A stretch of 64,000 nucleotides of DNA from an uncultured Roseivirga sp. (GCA_947493005.1 CANLOY010000002.1:461810-525809); one strand, 5' to 3'; shown: positions 19,290 to 30,352, numbered from the stretch's first letter. A program made the numbers and translations. The notes: generated from the letters alone by a model not told the origin.

Positions 19290-21734
19290 ATGAGAAAGAT
19301 TAACTTTCAGAAAGATATACTCCCTCACCTTATTGCAGTTGCCATTTTTCTGGCCTTAACAATCTACTTTTTCAAGCCAGTTTTTTTTGACGGACAGACA
19401 CTGAATCAAGGTGATATACTTCAATGGGAAGCCAGTGCTACTGAATTGAAAGAATACCGTGATGCCACTGGCGAAGAAGGTCTATGGACAAATTCAATTT
19501 TTGGTGGCATGCCTGCTTATATGATTAGTGTTAACTGGGGCAACCAGCTAATTAAGTTCATTCATAAGCTTTATACACTCGGCTTGCCTCACCCCACTAA
19601 GGTATTGTTTGCTTCAATGCTGAGCTTCTATATAATGTTACTCTGTTTTAAGGTAAGGCCGTATCTTGCTATTCTAGGAGCTATTGCATTTGGTTGTTCT
19701 TCGCATAATATGATTGGTTTTGTTGCCGGACATAACGCGAGAATTTCTGCTATCTCTTTGATGCCACTGGTTGTAGGCGGAATACACCTTTGCCTAACTA
19801 AAAATAAGTGGCTGGGAGCTAGTTTAACAGCCCTTGCATTAGCCATGCAACTAAGAGTAAACCACATACAAATCACCTACTATCTTGTTTTCGTCATTGC
19901 CATTTATCTTGCTATTCAACTAATCTACAGCTACAGAGAACAGAAGCTAAAAGAGTTTATGAGTAGAGCAAGCCTGTTAGTGCTTGCTGCTATAATGGCA
20001 ATAGGCACTTACTTTGGCGAGTTTTATGCCACATATGAGTATGGAAAGTACTCAAATCGAGGGAAGTCGGAACTTACTCAACAAACCGACATTGAGAAAA
20101 ATAAAGATGGACTTTCTAAAACATACGCATTTCAATATAGCAATGGCATATGGGACCCAATGACATTGTTTGTTCCCAACATACTTGGTGGAAGTGCCGA
20201 TTTAGGACCTGATTCCAATGTAGCAGATGAAATGAGAAAGGTTGGTGCCACAGAGGGTCAAATAACGCAGCAGTTGCCTACTTTTAGCAGAATCACTTAT
20301 TGGGGCAAAGAAACCCCAACTACCTATTATGCTGGTGCCATTATGGTTTTCCTATTCGTTGTAGGAATATTCTTTGTTGAAAGAAAGTATGTCATCTGGC
20401 TAGTTGCAGTTACAATACTTGGAATTCTATTGAGTTATGGCCGAAACATGCCTGGCTTGAATTTCTTTTTATTTGATAACCTGCCAGGTTATAACAAGTT
20501 CAGGTCGGTTACATTTACCATAATCCTACCTATTTTCTCAATTGCTATGCTGGGGATACTTGGCCTAGAAAGGCTCTTTCAAACCAAACTGGATAAACAA
20601 TCAACCAAGAAGGTATTGATTGCTCTTGGAACTACAGCAGGGCTAGCATTACTACTGACAGTGTTTGCCGGTGCTTTTGGTTTCCGTGGAGCTACGGATA
20701 ATCCACAATGGCCAGACTGGCTCAAAAATGGAATAATGGCAGACAGAAAGGCACTTTTCAGAGCAGATGCTTTCAGGTCATTTATCTTTATAGCCTTGTT
20801 CGCAGGTGTTTATTACCTCCACTCTATCCAAAAACTTTCAAAGTCATTGGTTTATGGCCTATTCATGCTTCTTGTGGGGTTAGATATCATACTAATTGGT
20901 AATCGTTTTATGAATGGCAGCAAATTTCAAACTGCAGTCACTGATCGATATTTCCAGGAACTTCCTGGTGATACTTTTATTAATCAAAATGAAAAGCTGG
21001 GAGATCGTGTAATTGATTTAAGTCCTGGAATATTCTATGATGCCAGAGCCTCCAGGCACCACAGTTCTATCAATGGATACCATGGTGCTCGAATAAGAAG
21101 ATTTCAGGAGTTACTTGATGCAGACCTTCAACTTGAAAGGGAACAAATGAGGAGAGATTATCAAGGCGGTGCTTTGGACTTCAGTAACTATGAAACCGTC
21201 AATATGCTCAATGGGCGTTTCGTTATTGCAAATCCTTCTGCCACACAAGGCATAGTAATTAATGAGCATGCCAACGGGGCCGCCTGGTTTGTGCAAGAAG
21301 TTAAACTTGTGAATTCTCCTGATAAAGAATTGGAGACAACACAAAGCATTAATTCAAAAACCACAGCTGTAATTGATGAATCGAAGTTTTCAGGAATCAA
21401 CTCTAGTTACTCTGGTGGAGGAACAATTTCTCTGGTAGACTACCACCCTGGGTATTGGAAGTATCAATCTGACAATTCAGAAAAAGGATTAGCAGTTTTC
21501 TCTGAAATACACTACCCAAAGGGTTTTCAGGTAACAATAGATGGTCAACCTGCGGATATGCTCAGAGCAAATTACATTCTAAGGGCCCTTGAGGTTCCTG
21601 CCGGACAACACGTGATTGAATTCACGTTTGCTCCTAAGATTTATAAGACTGGATCTTTAGTGATGCAAGCATTTTCAATTCTTACACTGTTAGGGTTCTT
21701 TGTATCTATATACTTTTCCCTCAGAAAGAATTAG
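19290..21734 (+). CDS. YfhO family membrane protein (GT-C-like)
   Basis: Multi-TM; WTNSIFGGMPAY; C-terminal SEIHYPKG, RANYILRALEVPAGQHVIEF. Confidence 0.88.
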   Translation: MRKINFQKDILPHLIAVAIFLALTIYFFKPVFFDGQTLNQGDILQWEASATELKEYRDATGEEGLWTNSIFGGMPAYMISVNWGNQLIKFIHKLYTLGLPHPTKVLFASMLSFYIMLLCFKVRPYLAILGAIAFGCSSHNMIGFVAGHNARISAISLMPLVVGGIHLCLTKNKWLGASLTALALAMQLRVNHIQITYYLVFVIAIYLAIQLIYSYREQKLKEFMSRASLLVLAAIMAIGTYFGEFYATYEYGKYSNRGKSELTQQTDIEKNKDGLSKTYAFQYSNGIWDPMTLFVPNILGGSADLGPDSNVADEMRKVGATEGQITQQLPTFSRITYWGKETPTTYYAGAIMVFLFVVGIFFVERKYVIWLVAVTILGILLSYGRNMPGLNFFLFDNLPGYNKFRSVTFTIILPIFSIAMLGILGLERLFQTKLDKQSTKKVLIALGTTAGLALLLTVFAGAFGFRGATDNPQWPDWLKNGIMADRKALFRADAFRSFIFIALFAGVYYLHSIQKLSKSLVYGLFMLLVGLDIILIGNRFMNGSKFQTAVTDRYFQELPGDTFINQNEKLGDRVIDLSPGIFYDARASRHHSSINGYHGARIRRFQELLDADLQLEREQMRRDYQGGALDFSNYETVNMLNGRFVIANPSATQGIVINEHANGAAWFVQEVKLVNSPDKELETTQSINSKTTAVIDESKFSGINSSYSGGGTISLVDYHPGYWKYQSDNSEKGLAVFSEIHYPKGFQVTIDGQPADMLRANYILRALEVPAGQHVIEFTFAPKIYKTGSLVMQAFSILTLLGFFVSIYFSLRKN

Positions 21735-22921
21735 AATTTAGCATAGAGTTTTATAAGATCCTGGGCGGTTACTTTCCAGTTGTACTTATCAGCAACAGAT
21801 CTTTTCCCTCTGTCACCCATTTCTTTTGCTAAAGAGGGGTTTTGATGCAGTTCAAGAATCTGTTGCGCCATATCTTCAGCATTTTGAGCTTCGAAAACTA
21901 AACCACAACCTGCATCTTGAATAATCTTAACCTGAGATGGGCAATCACTAACTACCAACGGCTTAGCGCCAGCCATGTACTGGAAGATTTTATTGGCTAA
22001 AGTAGTATCATGATGCCTATTTCTATGTAATGGTGAAATACATACATCCGCAGATTCAATGTAAGACGGAAATAAAGAAACATCCTGCCAACCTTCAAAA
22101 ATAACTTTATCATTAAGTCCTTTCTGGTCTACCAGATTTCTCAAAACATCATCTTGAGTGCTTCTTCCCACAACTATCAAATTGATTTCGGGGATTTTCT
22201 CCATTAAAATTTCGAGCATCTCAATAGAAGTATCTAATCCCCTTCTTAAGCCTGTATCACCAACATATACTATGTTAAATTTTCCACTAAATCTCTCCTT
22301 AATATTTTCATCAAGAGTATAACTATAGTAAATATCTGGTTCTATCGTATTAGCTACAGCAGTAAAACTACTTAGCTCCTTGTTTGTCTCTGAAACAGCA
22401 TCTTGTATTGCTTCTGGGGTAACCATCACTACATGGTTGGCCCTTTCTATCAGGCTTGATTGCGCTTTCCTCCACTTGTCGATACTAATCATGTACTTCC
22501 CAGGGAACTTCTGTAAATGTGGATAAAACCGAAGTATTTCTGGCCTGTTTTCATGTAGATCTAACACCACTGGTAAATGAAAATATTTGTCATTCACATC
22601 CATCACTGCTTTCGCAATCAACATATCATGAATATGAAGCACTTCAGGTTTAACCTCATTTATAAATCCCTTGATTGCAAAACGAAGCATGAAATGAAAA
22701 AATGGGAAGGTATAAGCCAATGCCGAAAGCTTATAAATTATTCTACTAACCTCTATTCTATGGACTCTTATGCCATTAACCTCTTCAAAGGATGGAGTTA
22801 AGTTTTTGAAGTTTAGAGAAAACAAATCCACAGAGTGACCTGCCTCAGTTAATGAATATGCCTCATTTTCAACTCTGGAATCAGGGGGGAAGGATTGATC
22901 TAAGAAAACTCCTATACGCAT
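21731..22921 (-). CDS. Glycosyltransferase family 4 (track start 22930)
   Basis: DSRVENEA, LHIHD, NKIFQYMA (EX7E-like position), LVVSD. Confidence 0.88.
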   Translation of the reverse strand: MRIGVFLDQSFPPDSRVENEAYSLTEAGHSVDLFSLNFKNLTPSFEEVNGIRVHRIEVSRIIYKLSALAYTFPFFHFMLRFAIKGFINEVKPEVLHIHDMLIAKAVMDVNDKYFHLPVVLDLHENRPEILRFYPHLQKFPGKYMISIDKWRKAQSSLIERANHVVMVTPEAIQDAVSETNKELSSFTAVANTIEPDIYYSYTLDENIKERFSGKFNIVYVGDTGLRRGLDTSIEMLEILMEKIPEINLIVVGRSTQDDVLRNLVDQKGLNDKVIFEGWQDVSLFPSYIESADVCISPLHRNRHHDTTLANKIFQYMAGAKPLVVSDCPSQVKIIQDAGCGLVFEAQNAEDMAQQILELHQNPSLAKEMGDRGKRSVADKYNWKVTAQDLIKLYAKF

Positions 22922-22985
22922 TGAGAGCAAATTTCACGAAACTCTTTAACTTTCAAAGAAAAACAATTCATATAGTTGTGTTTTG

Positions 22986-22993
22986 TATGTTTG
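22986..22993 (+). promoter_or_regulatory. -7 element TATGTTTG
   Basis: Consensus match inside the track's N-terminal extension; supports a start at 23006. Confidence 0.5.
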
Positions 22994-23005
22994 CCAACCC
23001 AAATC

Positions 23006-23731
23006 ATGAATGACTCATTAAAACTGTTTGAAGATTTAAAATCCAATATTGACAAACAGTCCTTTTATTCTGGAAATATTAGTCACCTAAGATCTTTCTC
23101 ATTCAAGTATTTGAAGTACAGAATATTTAGGCCATATCTAAAATTGAAGTATCGCTGGTTCCAATGGCAAAACCCCACGAAACCTTGGTTGACTCCAGAT
23201 GCTATTATGGTTATCAAATCTCTTTTAAAAAAAGAGCATGTGGGACTTGAATATGGAAGTGGCAGGAGTACGGTTTTTTTTTCGGAACTAATTGGAAAAT
23301 TATACAGTATTGAGCATACTCCCAGTTGGCATTCGAAGGTAACAGAGATATTAAAGGAAAAGAACATTGACAATGTCGAATTGATACTTCGAGAAGCTGA
23401 AACAGAAGTTCCAAAAATCAAATTCTCAAGTGAAGAACAAGTCTTTCTCTCTTTAACAAATTACCCAATTAAGGATGATCTTTTTAAAACTTATTACAGC
23501 ACTGTGGATCAGTTCGAAGATTCATTTTTTGATTTCATATTAATCGATGGTAGAGCACGAGTTTCGTGCTCATTAAAGGCTATTGATAAACTCAAACCTG
23601 GAGGAATATTCGTTTTAGACAACTCTGAAAGGAGAAGGTATGAAAAAGTGCACAGTCTGTTAAAAACTTGGCCTTCAATTCACACCACAACAGGACTTTC
23701 AGATACCACAATCTGGAGAAAGCCATACTAA
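23006..23731 (+). CDS. Class I SAM-dependent methyltransferase (track start 22976)
   Basis: LEYGSGRST, FDFILIDGRAR, LKPGGIFVLDN. Confidence 0.85.
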   Translation: MNDSLKLFEDLKSNIDKQSFYSGNISHLRSFSFKYLKYRIFRPYLKLKYRWFQWQNPTKPWLTPDAIMVIKSLLKKEHVGLEYGSGRSTVFFSELIGKLYSIEHTPSWHSKVTEILKEKNIDNVELILREAETEVPKIKFSSEEQVFLSLTNYPIKDDLFKTYYSTVDQFEDSFFDFILIDGRARVSCSLKAIDKLKPGGIFVLDNSERRRYEKVHSLLKTWPSIHTTTGLSDTTIWRKPY

Positions 23732-23934
23732 TAGACATAAACAATATTTACAATCTATCATCATTCTCCATAAAAGAAAGTATGAAGCAAGTTGACTAAA
23801 TTAAACCACTCTCGTTTCACTCTGGAGAGAATAATTGATAGAGAAAAGAACCAGGAAAATCATTTAAGAAAAATGACTTCCTTATAAAGAAAGTTTAAAC
23901 TTATTTGGCATTTACTTTAAAGCGAGACACTTCA

Positions 23935-24840
23935 ATGGTACAATTACTTTATAGACTAATATATAACCCTCAAGTCAATCGATTCTTAAGAAGCTTGAAT
24001 ATGTTTTTAAAACCATTGCTCCCCAAGAAGTTTAGAATTCCACCATCTGGAACACTGGTTATCAAAAAAAAAGCAAGCAAGGCATTAAAGCTCAAAACCA
24101 ATCAAACCAGTTATCTGACGCAATTTATTTTCTGGAAAGGCGGGTATGAAAAGTTTGAATACACTCCCATATTTAATTCTCTAATCAAGAAAGTAAATTC
24201 ATTCTTTGATGTAGGGGCTAACATAGGGTACTATTCTCTTATAGCTGCTTTCGAAAACCCCAATATTAAAATAACTGCTTTTGAACCAGCCACCGGTCCT
24301 CTTTTCTTCTTAAAGCAGAACATAAAGATCAACCATTTCTCTAACATCCAAGTTGAATCTATAGCTCTTTCGCATCTAGATGGACAAATTGAATTTCATG
24401 AAATCAAGAATAAAAAATACAAGTACCTTGAGCATAACCTAGCTGGTGAAAGTAATACCGGCACCAAAACAACTGGAAGAAACTATATAGTACACAAAGT
24501 TGAAACTACGACTTTCGATAACTACATATCCAATAATAATATTTCGGGCATAGATTTGATCAAGCTTGACACTGAAGGAACCGAACACCTCATTCTCTCA
24601 AAAGCTAACATTGTACTTAACAAGTTCAAGCCAATTGTAATTTGCGAAACCTTATTCAACACAATTGAAAATGAGCTTGAAGAAATCTTTAAACCACTCG
24701 GATATGAGTTTTACAACCATACTGAATCTGGTCTTGAAAAAGTAAAGAGCATAAAAAGGAGCACAGACAATGGTGTTAGGAACTGTTTCTTTGTTCACCC
24801 AAGTAAACATTCTTTAATATCAGAGTATGTTAGTACATGA
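23935..24840 (+). CDS. FkbM family methyltransferase (track start 23905)
   Basis: FFDVGANIGYYS, AFEP, IKLDTEGTE. Confidence 0.9.
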   Translation: MVQLLYRLIYNPQVNRFLRSLNMFLKPLLPKKFRIPPSGTLVIKKKASKALKLKTNQTSYLTQFIFWKGGYEKFEYTPIFNSLIKKVNSFFDVGANIGYYSLIAAFENPNIKITAFEPATGPLFFLKQNIKINHFSNIQVESIALSHLDGQIEFHEIKNKKYKYLEHNLAGESNTGTKTTGRNYIVHKVETTTFDNYISNNNISGIDLIKLDTEGTEHLILSKANIVLNKFKPIVICETLFNTIENELEEIFKPLGYEFYNHTESGLEKVKSIKRSTDNGVRNCFFVHPSKHSLISEYVST

Positions 24841-24930
24841 TCATGTTCGGTTTTGAATTAATTAATACATGACTCATTCTAACTCAGTTTATTAAAAACT
24901 AAATATACTTTCGTTAAAAAAATAAACGGC

Positions 24931-26403
24931 TTGGGCATAGTAATAAAACAGAGTATACGGTCATCTATTGTCGCCTATTTAGGAGTAGTAATTGGCTACA
25001 TAAATGTTTTATGGCTATACCCATATTTTCTAACAACAGAACAGGTTGGCCTTTTTAGGCTTATTCAGAGCTCAGCTTATTTACTTGCCACATTTGGCCA
25101 AATTGGCCTGGCACAAAGCCTTGTGAAATTCTTTCCTGAACTTAAAAAGAACAAAGGGTTTCTCACCGCAATAATAACAGGAGGTTTTTTCGGTTTCATT
25201 CTTCTTTGTGGAGTTTCAATATTATTCAGAGGTGCTATCACCTCATACTTTTCCAAAGAGTCTGCCTTGTTTGTAGATTATTTTCAAGTCACTATTATTA
25301 TTTCTTTTTTGCTTATCAACTTTAGCTTGCTTGAGGCATACTCCAGAAGCTTACTTAAAATAGTAATACCAACACTTCTAAAAGATGTTGGACTAAGAAT
25401 CCTGACCACAGTTTCCTTACTGCTTTACGGCTTTGAACTCATAAATTTCAAGTACCTGATTTTTTCATTACTAATCATTTATTCTACAATAGTAATTTCC
25501 TTAGCACTTCATTTAAAATATAAAGAGGGCTTATCAATAAGTCTGAGATTTGATTTTTTAAAAAACGGAGTCTGGAAAAGAATTCTAAACTTTGGTCTCT
25601 TTTCATTGATAGGTGCAGGTGGAACTCAAATAATACTGCAGATAGACAGTATTATGATTAGCAGTGCTATTGGCTTGGAAGCCACAGGTATATATACAAT
25701 AGCTTTCTTTATTGGTGTTGTTATTGAGATGCCTAAAAGAGCAATAACCCAGGTTAGTTCTGCTCTCCTATCTCAATCTTTCAACAAAGGAGATATGGGT
25801 GCTGTAAAGAAGCTCTATCAACAAACTTCAATCAACCAAATGATCATTGGGGCACTATTGTTTATTGGCATCTGGTCAAATCTGGATAACATCTACAGTT
25901 TGATACCCAATAATGAAGCCTATATTAATGGATTCAATGTTGTACTGTTTATAGCACTTGGGAAACTCAGTGACATGGCATTCGGTACTAACGGAGAAAT
26001 CATAGTCATGTCGAAATTCTACAGGTTCAATGTAGTAGCTGTTTCTATTTTGGCCATTGTGACAATTGTCCTCAACACTTTGCTCATACCTATCTATGGT
26101 ATTGATGGAGCTGCCATAGCATCATTTTTAGCTATGTTAAGTTTCAATATTTTAAAATGCCTTTTCGTATGGTGGAAATTTAAAATGCAGCCATTCACTC
26201 TTTCAACAATCAAGTTCGTTTTAATTGTGGGAATCACAATTGTGGTAAACCAGCTTATCCCCAACTTAGGTAATCTCTACATTGATATCATTATCAGGTC
26301 AGCGATTATAACAATAACACTAATAGGAATCACTTATTTCTTGAAAGTATCAAACGAAATAAACGAGTTAATTGATAAAGGAGTGAAAACACTATTCGGT
26401 TAA
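24931..26403 (+). CDS. Wzx-like oligosaccharide flippase
   Basis: About 14 TM; MGIVIKQS, TGIYTIAF, YGIDGAAIA. Confidence 0.88.
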   Translation: MGIVIKQSIRSSIVAYLGVVIGYINVLWLYPYFLTTEQVGLFRLIQSSAYLLATFGQIGLAQSLVKFFPELKKNKGFLTAIITGGFFGFILLCGVSILFRGAITSYFSKESALFVDYFQVTIIISFLLINFSLLEAYSRSLLKIVIPTLLKDVGLRILTTVSLLLYGFELINFKYLIFSLLIIYSTIVISLALHLKYKEGLSISLRFDFLKNGVWKRILNFGLFSLIGAGGTQIILQIDSIMISSAIGLEATGIYTIAFFIGVVIEMPKRAITQVSSALLSQSFNKGDMGAVKKLYQQTSINQMIIGALLFIGIWSNLDNIYSLIPNNEAYINGFNVVLFIALGKLSDMAFGTNGEIIVMSKFYRFNVVAVSILAIVTIVLNTLLIPIYGIDGAAIASFLAMLSFNILKCLFVWWKFKMQPFTLSTIKFVLIVGITIVVNQLIPNLGNLYIDIIIRSAIITITLIGITYFLKVSNEINELIDKGVKTLFG

Positions 26404-27713
26404 ATTCTTTCTAATAGTTCCGCTAAGTCTTTGGTGAGGTTTTTTCTTTCAAATCTGTCTATTCCTTCAAACCTCCAAATCGGTTCTTTCTTCTCCCAGG
26501 CTAAGAACTCTTTTTGTATAAAGTCTTTAATTTCATGCTCATCCGCATAATCAAAAGACTGACCCGAATTGGTATCCTTCAATATTTGAGCAATATCATT
26601 ATCACGCTTGCCAATAGCAAGAATTGGCCTTTTAGCACTTAGGTATTCAAACAATTTACCTGGCAACTGTGAGAATGCTCCATCAGCTTTTGTTTGAGCC
26701 AACACCAACACGCTACTGTTATTGTATTCTTTAAAGACATCTTTATGAGAAACCGAATCACCAGTTACCAGTTTTTTACTCAAGCGGGGTAGCTTCTTGA
26801 TCGATTCTATTACTTCCGGACTTAAAATACCTATTAGTTTAAGCTCCAAAGCTTTAAAAAAAGAAACATCTGAGCATAGATTCTCCAACACATTCCATAA
26901 AGCCACTGGATTTCTATCACTATTTAGCATCCCCAAATGACTTATTGTAAACCTAGGCTTTGCTTTCGCCTTATTGCCAGTCGCTATATCATCCTTATCA
27001 AAACCGTTAGTGATATAGTTCACTCTTCTGGCCCCTAATTTCTTAAACTCCTCAGCAGCTGTATGACCAGTCGCTAGAACCGAATCGGCCATTTTAAGCA
27101 CTTCCTGCTCAAGTTTTAGATGACGTTTCCACACAAAAGGTGTAATCATCATTTTCCTAAGAATATCCCACTGAGACCAAGGGTCCCTGAAATCCGCAAC
27201 CCAGGTGAGTGCAGGGTTTTTCAACTTCAGCCTCTTTCCTATTAAATGAATGCTATGAGGCGGGCCTGTGGTGATCACATGTTTGATGTCATTAGATTCA
27301 AGAATAGATAAAATATACTCCGAAGACGGTTTCACCCAAAAAATCTTGGGATCTGGAATAAATAGGTTGCCTCTAATCCAAATAGAAGCTTTTTTCATCC
27401 AGCTTCTTTTTTCAGATTCAAGAATTTGTCCTTGCTTCAAAGATTTATTGCCTGATATTCTCTTAAAAATCCTATATGGCTCCCATATTGGAAACTTTAG
27501 CACTTCAATACTTGGGTTAACATCCTTGAGAAGTGAGTCATCCTTTAAATCAAATTCAGGAGAGTCGGGAGTAAATACAATCGGATCCCAACCAAACTCG
27601 GGAAGATACTTAGTAAACTTAAGCCAACGCTGCACTCCTGCCCCACCACTTGGTGGCCAATAGTAAGTAATCACCAGTATTTTCTTTCCAGTTTCTCCTT
27701 CCATGGGTATCAA
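26400..27713 (-). CDS. Glycosyltransferase family 4 (YYWPP type)
   Basis: ITYYWPPSGGAGVQRWLKF, TTGPPHS, ADFRDPW, PGKLFEYL. Confidence 0.9.
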   Translation of the reverse strand: MIPMEGETGKKILVITYYWPPSGGAGVQRWLKFTKYLPEFGWDPIVFTPDSPEFDLKDDSLLKDVNPSIEVLKFPIWEPYRIFKRISGNKSLKQGQILESEKRSWMKKASIWIRGNLFIPDPKIFWVKPSSEYILSILESNDIKHVITTGPPHSIHLIGKRLKLKNPALTWVADFRDPWSQWDILRKMMITPFVWKRHLKLEQEVLKMADSVLATGHTAAEEFKKLGARRVNYITNGFDKDDIATGNKAKAKPRFTISHLGMLNSDRNPVALWNVLENLCSDVSFFKALELKLIGILSPEVIESIKKLPRLSKKLVTGDSVSHKDVFKEYNNSSVLVLAQTKADGAFSQLPGKLFEYLSAKRPILAIGKRDNDIAQILKDTNSGQSFDYADEHEIKDFIQKEFLAWEKKEPIWRFEGIDRFERKNLTKDLAELLERI

Positions 27714-27812
27714 AGGTTGCTATTATTGTATGTTGTCAAAACAGCATTTGCAATTAACAGTAAAAAAAATTTACTTCAGCCTTAAATTACGGTCAAACTC
27801 AAATTTAAATTC

Positions 27813-28259
27813 ATGGGATATATACCTCTCTTCATCGCTTTACTTGGTTTAGTTCTGCTGTATACCATTTACACCTACAATCTTATTAAACCTCGAAAAG
27901 CTCGTTTAACCCAGGTAATAGATGATATGGCTGAGAACAGCCGAAACCGTAAGAATATAATTCTGGAACACGATCGATCCAATGGTGATTCTCCGTTGAA
28001 AGAAGTAGCTGAGATGTTAAAGAAGGCCTCTACGGATAGATTTCAAAGCTATAGAAAAGAAGAAGAGTTTTTATCTTCGATTGAAACTGCCATTTCAGGT
28101 ATTGATGACAACGACCTTAGAGACAAACTTCAAGCTATAAACGAAAAACAAGCCTTATTGATCAAAAAGCTTCAGTCTGTATCAAACGATTACAACTCTT
28201 TTATTGAAAAGGCACCAGCAAGTATAGTAGCTTCAGTTTTTGGGTTCAGACAGTTTTAG
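27813..28259 (+). CDS. LemA-like protein
   Basis: N-terminal TM + YN; C-terminal YNSFIEKAPASIVASVFGF. Confidence 0.7.
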   Translation: MGYIPLFIALLGLVLLYTIYTYNLIKPRKARLTQVIDDMAENSRNRKNIILEHDRSNGDSPLKEVAEMLKKASTDRFQSYRKEEEFLSSIETAISGIDDNDLRDKLQAINEKQALLIKKLQSVSNDYNSFIEKAPASIVASVFGFRQF

Positions 28260-29156
28260 TCTATCATCCAGATACTTGATTATTTCTTGATAATTGTTCG
28301 GTTCAAACCACTCTGTTTCTGAGTCGCGTTTGAACCATGTCAACTGTCTTTTTGCATAACGCCTGGAATTACGTTTTAACAAACGTATTGCTTCTTCTCT
28401 ATCATACTCACCTTCCAGATAACCAAAAATCTCTCTATAACCAACCGTTTGCAATGCGTTCAAGTGTTTAACATCTAGAAACTGTTCTGCTTCGTCAAAG
28501 AGTCCATGTTCAATCATCAAGTCCATTCGATGATTTATTCTTTCATATAGCTTTTCACGACTTGTTTCTAATCCTATTTTGATTACTGAAAAAGATCGTT
28601 CTTTGAAAGACCTTTTTCTAAATTCAGTAAAGGTTTTTCCAGTTGACCTAATGACCTCCAATGCCCTGATAATTCTTTGAGGGTTTTTCGTATCAACAAT
28701 CTCGTAATATGCTTTATCATTAACTTTTAATTCCTCACAGAGTACTTCCAATCCAAACTCTTCAAGTTCTGAGTTAAGTTGGTCTCTAAAGTCAGGTGAG
28801 ATTTCAGGGAATTCATCTAGCCCCTTACATATGGCATCTACAAACAACCCAGATCCCCCCACCAAAATCAAAGTCTCATTAGTTTTGAAGAGCTCTTCTA
28901 GTTTAGAAATTGCTTCCTTTTCATACTTACCAACATCATAATCATCATAAATCGAAAGAGTATTAATAAACTGGTGTGGTGCTTGCTCTAATTCATCTAA
29001 GGTTGGCTTAGCCGTTCCTATTTCCAATTCCTTGTAAAACTGTCTGGAGTCAGCCGAAATAATGTTTGTATTAAAATGATTAGCCAATTCAATTGCCAAA
29101 GAAGTTTTTCCAACTGCGGTAGGTCCTACAACGCAGATCAGTTGCGGTTTTAACAT
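28233..29156 (-). CDS. miaA: tRNA dimethylallyltransferase
   Basis: GPTAVGKT, SADSRQFY, GTAKP, GGSGL, RRYAKRQLTWF. Confidence 0.97.
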   Translation of the reverse strand: MLKPQLICVVGPTAVGKTSLAIELANHFNTNIISADSRQFYKELEIGTAKPTLDELEQAPHQFINTLSIYDDYDVGKYEKEAISKLEELFKTNETLILVGGSGLFVDAICKGLDEFPEISPDFRDQLNSELEEFGLEVLCEELKVNDKAYYEIVDTKNPQRIIRALEVIRSTGKTFTEFRKRSFKERSFSVIKIGLETSREKLYERINHRMDLMIEHGLFDEAEQFLDVKHLNALQTVGYREIFGYLEGEYDREEAIRLLKRNSRRYAKRQLTWFKRDSETEWFEPNNYQEIIKYLDDRLKLSEPKN

Positions 29157-29210
29157 TGGTATACTTAGAAGTTAGACGTAAATATATTATAATTGATGTA
29201 ACGCGTGTAA

Positions 29211-29960
29211 ATGGGAAAAGGCTCTATTATAGTTGTTGATGATAATGACATCAACAGAAGGTATGTGAAAACCGTACTAAAGGATCTCAACAATGAAATC
29301 TTATTAGCTGAAAGTGGTTTTCAGGCATTAGAATTGATTAAAAAAAACACTCCAGATTTAATTCTTATAGATATTCAAATGCCATTGATGGATGGTTTCG
29401 AATGTTATGATAGAATCACGAAAGATCTCGGAATCAAAGTACCTATCTTAGCAATTACTGCTTTTTCAGATTCAAAAGACCGTGAGCGCTTCATTTCATA
29501 TGGTTTCAATGATTACCTTACTAAGCCAGTTCGTCCGGAGGTTTTGAAGAACACTGTAGAATATTGGCTCAATGAATCATATGTCAGTCCAAAGAACCAT
29601 AAAACATACGGAAATCAGGATTTAGACATGGAAACAATTAATGAATTGAAGAGGTATGCTAATCCTTTGGAATTAAACGAATTGTACAAAGAGTTCATCG
29701 AGGAAACAAAAACTTTCTACGATAAGCTTGCATTTTTACAAACTGGTGACAATTTTACTGAAATTTTAAGTATCTTGCATACTATTAAAGGTAATGCTGG
29801 GTCTTTAGGTTTTGCCAAGCTTTCACAGTTAACCTCAACGCTGGAGAAAGACATTAAAAATGGTGCTAAGATATCTTTACCTGATCGAACCCAAGAGATC
29901 ATCCATTATTCCAGCGATATTTTTAATAATTATAAGACAAAACTGAATCTAAACATATGA
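29211..29960 (+). CDS. Response regulator receiver-Hpt fusion
   Basis: VVDD, LIDIQMP, AITA, LTKP; C-terminal LHTIKGNAGSLG Hpt motif. Confidence 0.88.
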   Translation: MGKGSIIVVDDNDINRRYVKTVLKDLNNEILLAESGFQALELIKKNTPDLILIDIQMPLMDGFECYDRITKDLGIKVPILAITAFSDSKDRERFISYGFNDYLTKPVRPEVLKNTVEYWLNESYVSPKNHKTYGNQDLDMETINELKRYANPLELNELYKEFIEETKTFYDKLAFLQTGDNFTEILSILHTIKGNAGSLGFAKLSQLTSTLEKDIKNGAKISLPDRTQEIIHYSSDIFNNYKTKLNLNI

Positions 29961-30352
29961 TCGTTATGACTGAAGTGGACTATAAAAAAGTTCTAGTGGC
30001 TGAGGATAGTTCGGTGATCCAAAATTTGCTCAAAAAAATTCTTCTTTTTGAAAACTGTAAAATCACTTCTGCTAAAGACGGGCAAACCGTTCTTGATAAA
30101 TTCGAAAAGGAAGATTTTGACTTAATTATAATGGACATCAACCTTCCGATAGTTGATGGCCTTTCGGCAACGAAAAAAATTAGATCAGGCAAGACCAAAA
30201 AATCTAAAATTCCGATCATAGGAATTTCTGGAAATGCAAAAAACCTTCCAGTTTCAGATTTTTTCGAGGCCGGCATGAATGAATACATGCAAAAGCCATT
30301 AGATTACGATAAATTGATTGAACTCGTCAAGAAATATACTGAGGAATATTAA
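29957..30352 (+). CDS. Stand-alone receiver (CheY-like) protein
   Basis: VAED, IMDINLP, ISG, MQKP; no output domain. Confidence 0.9.
   Translation: MIVMTEVDYKKVLVAEDSSVIQNLLKKILLFENCKITSAKDGQTVLDKFEKEDFDLIIMDINLPIVDGLSATKKIRSGKTKKSKIPIIGISGNAKNLPVSDFFEAGMNEYMQKPLDYDKLIELVKKYTEEY

Noticed and set aside
23732-23934. About 200-bp gap between the methyltransferases with a weak inverted repeat
   Set aside because: No ORF, terminal repeats or target duplication; not enough to call a mobile element or ncRNA.
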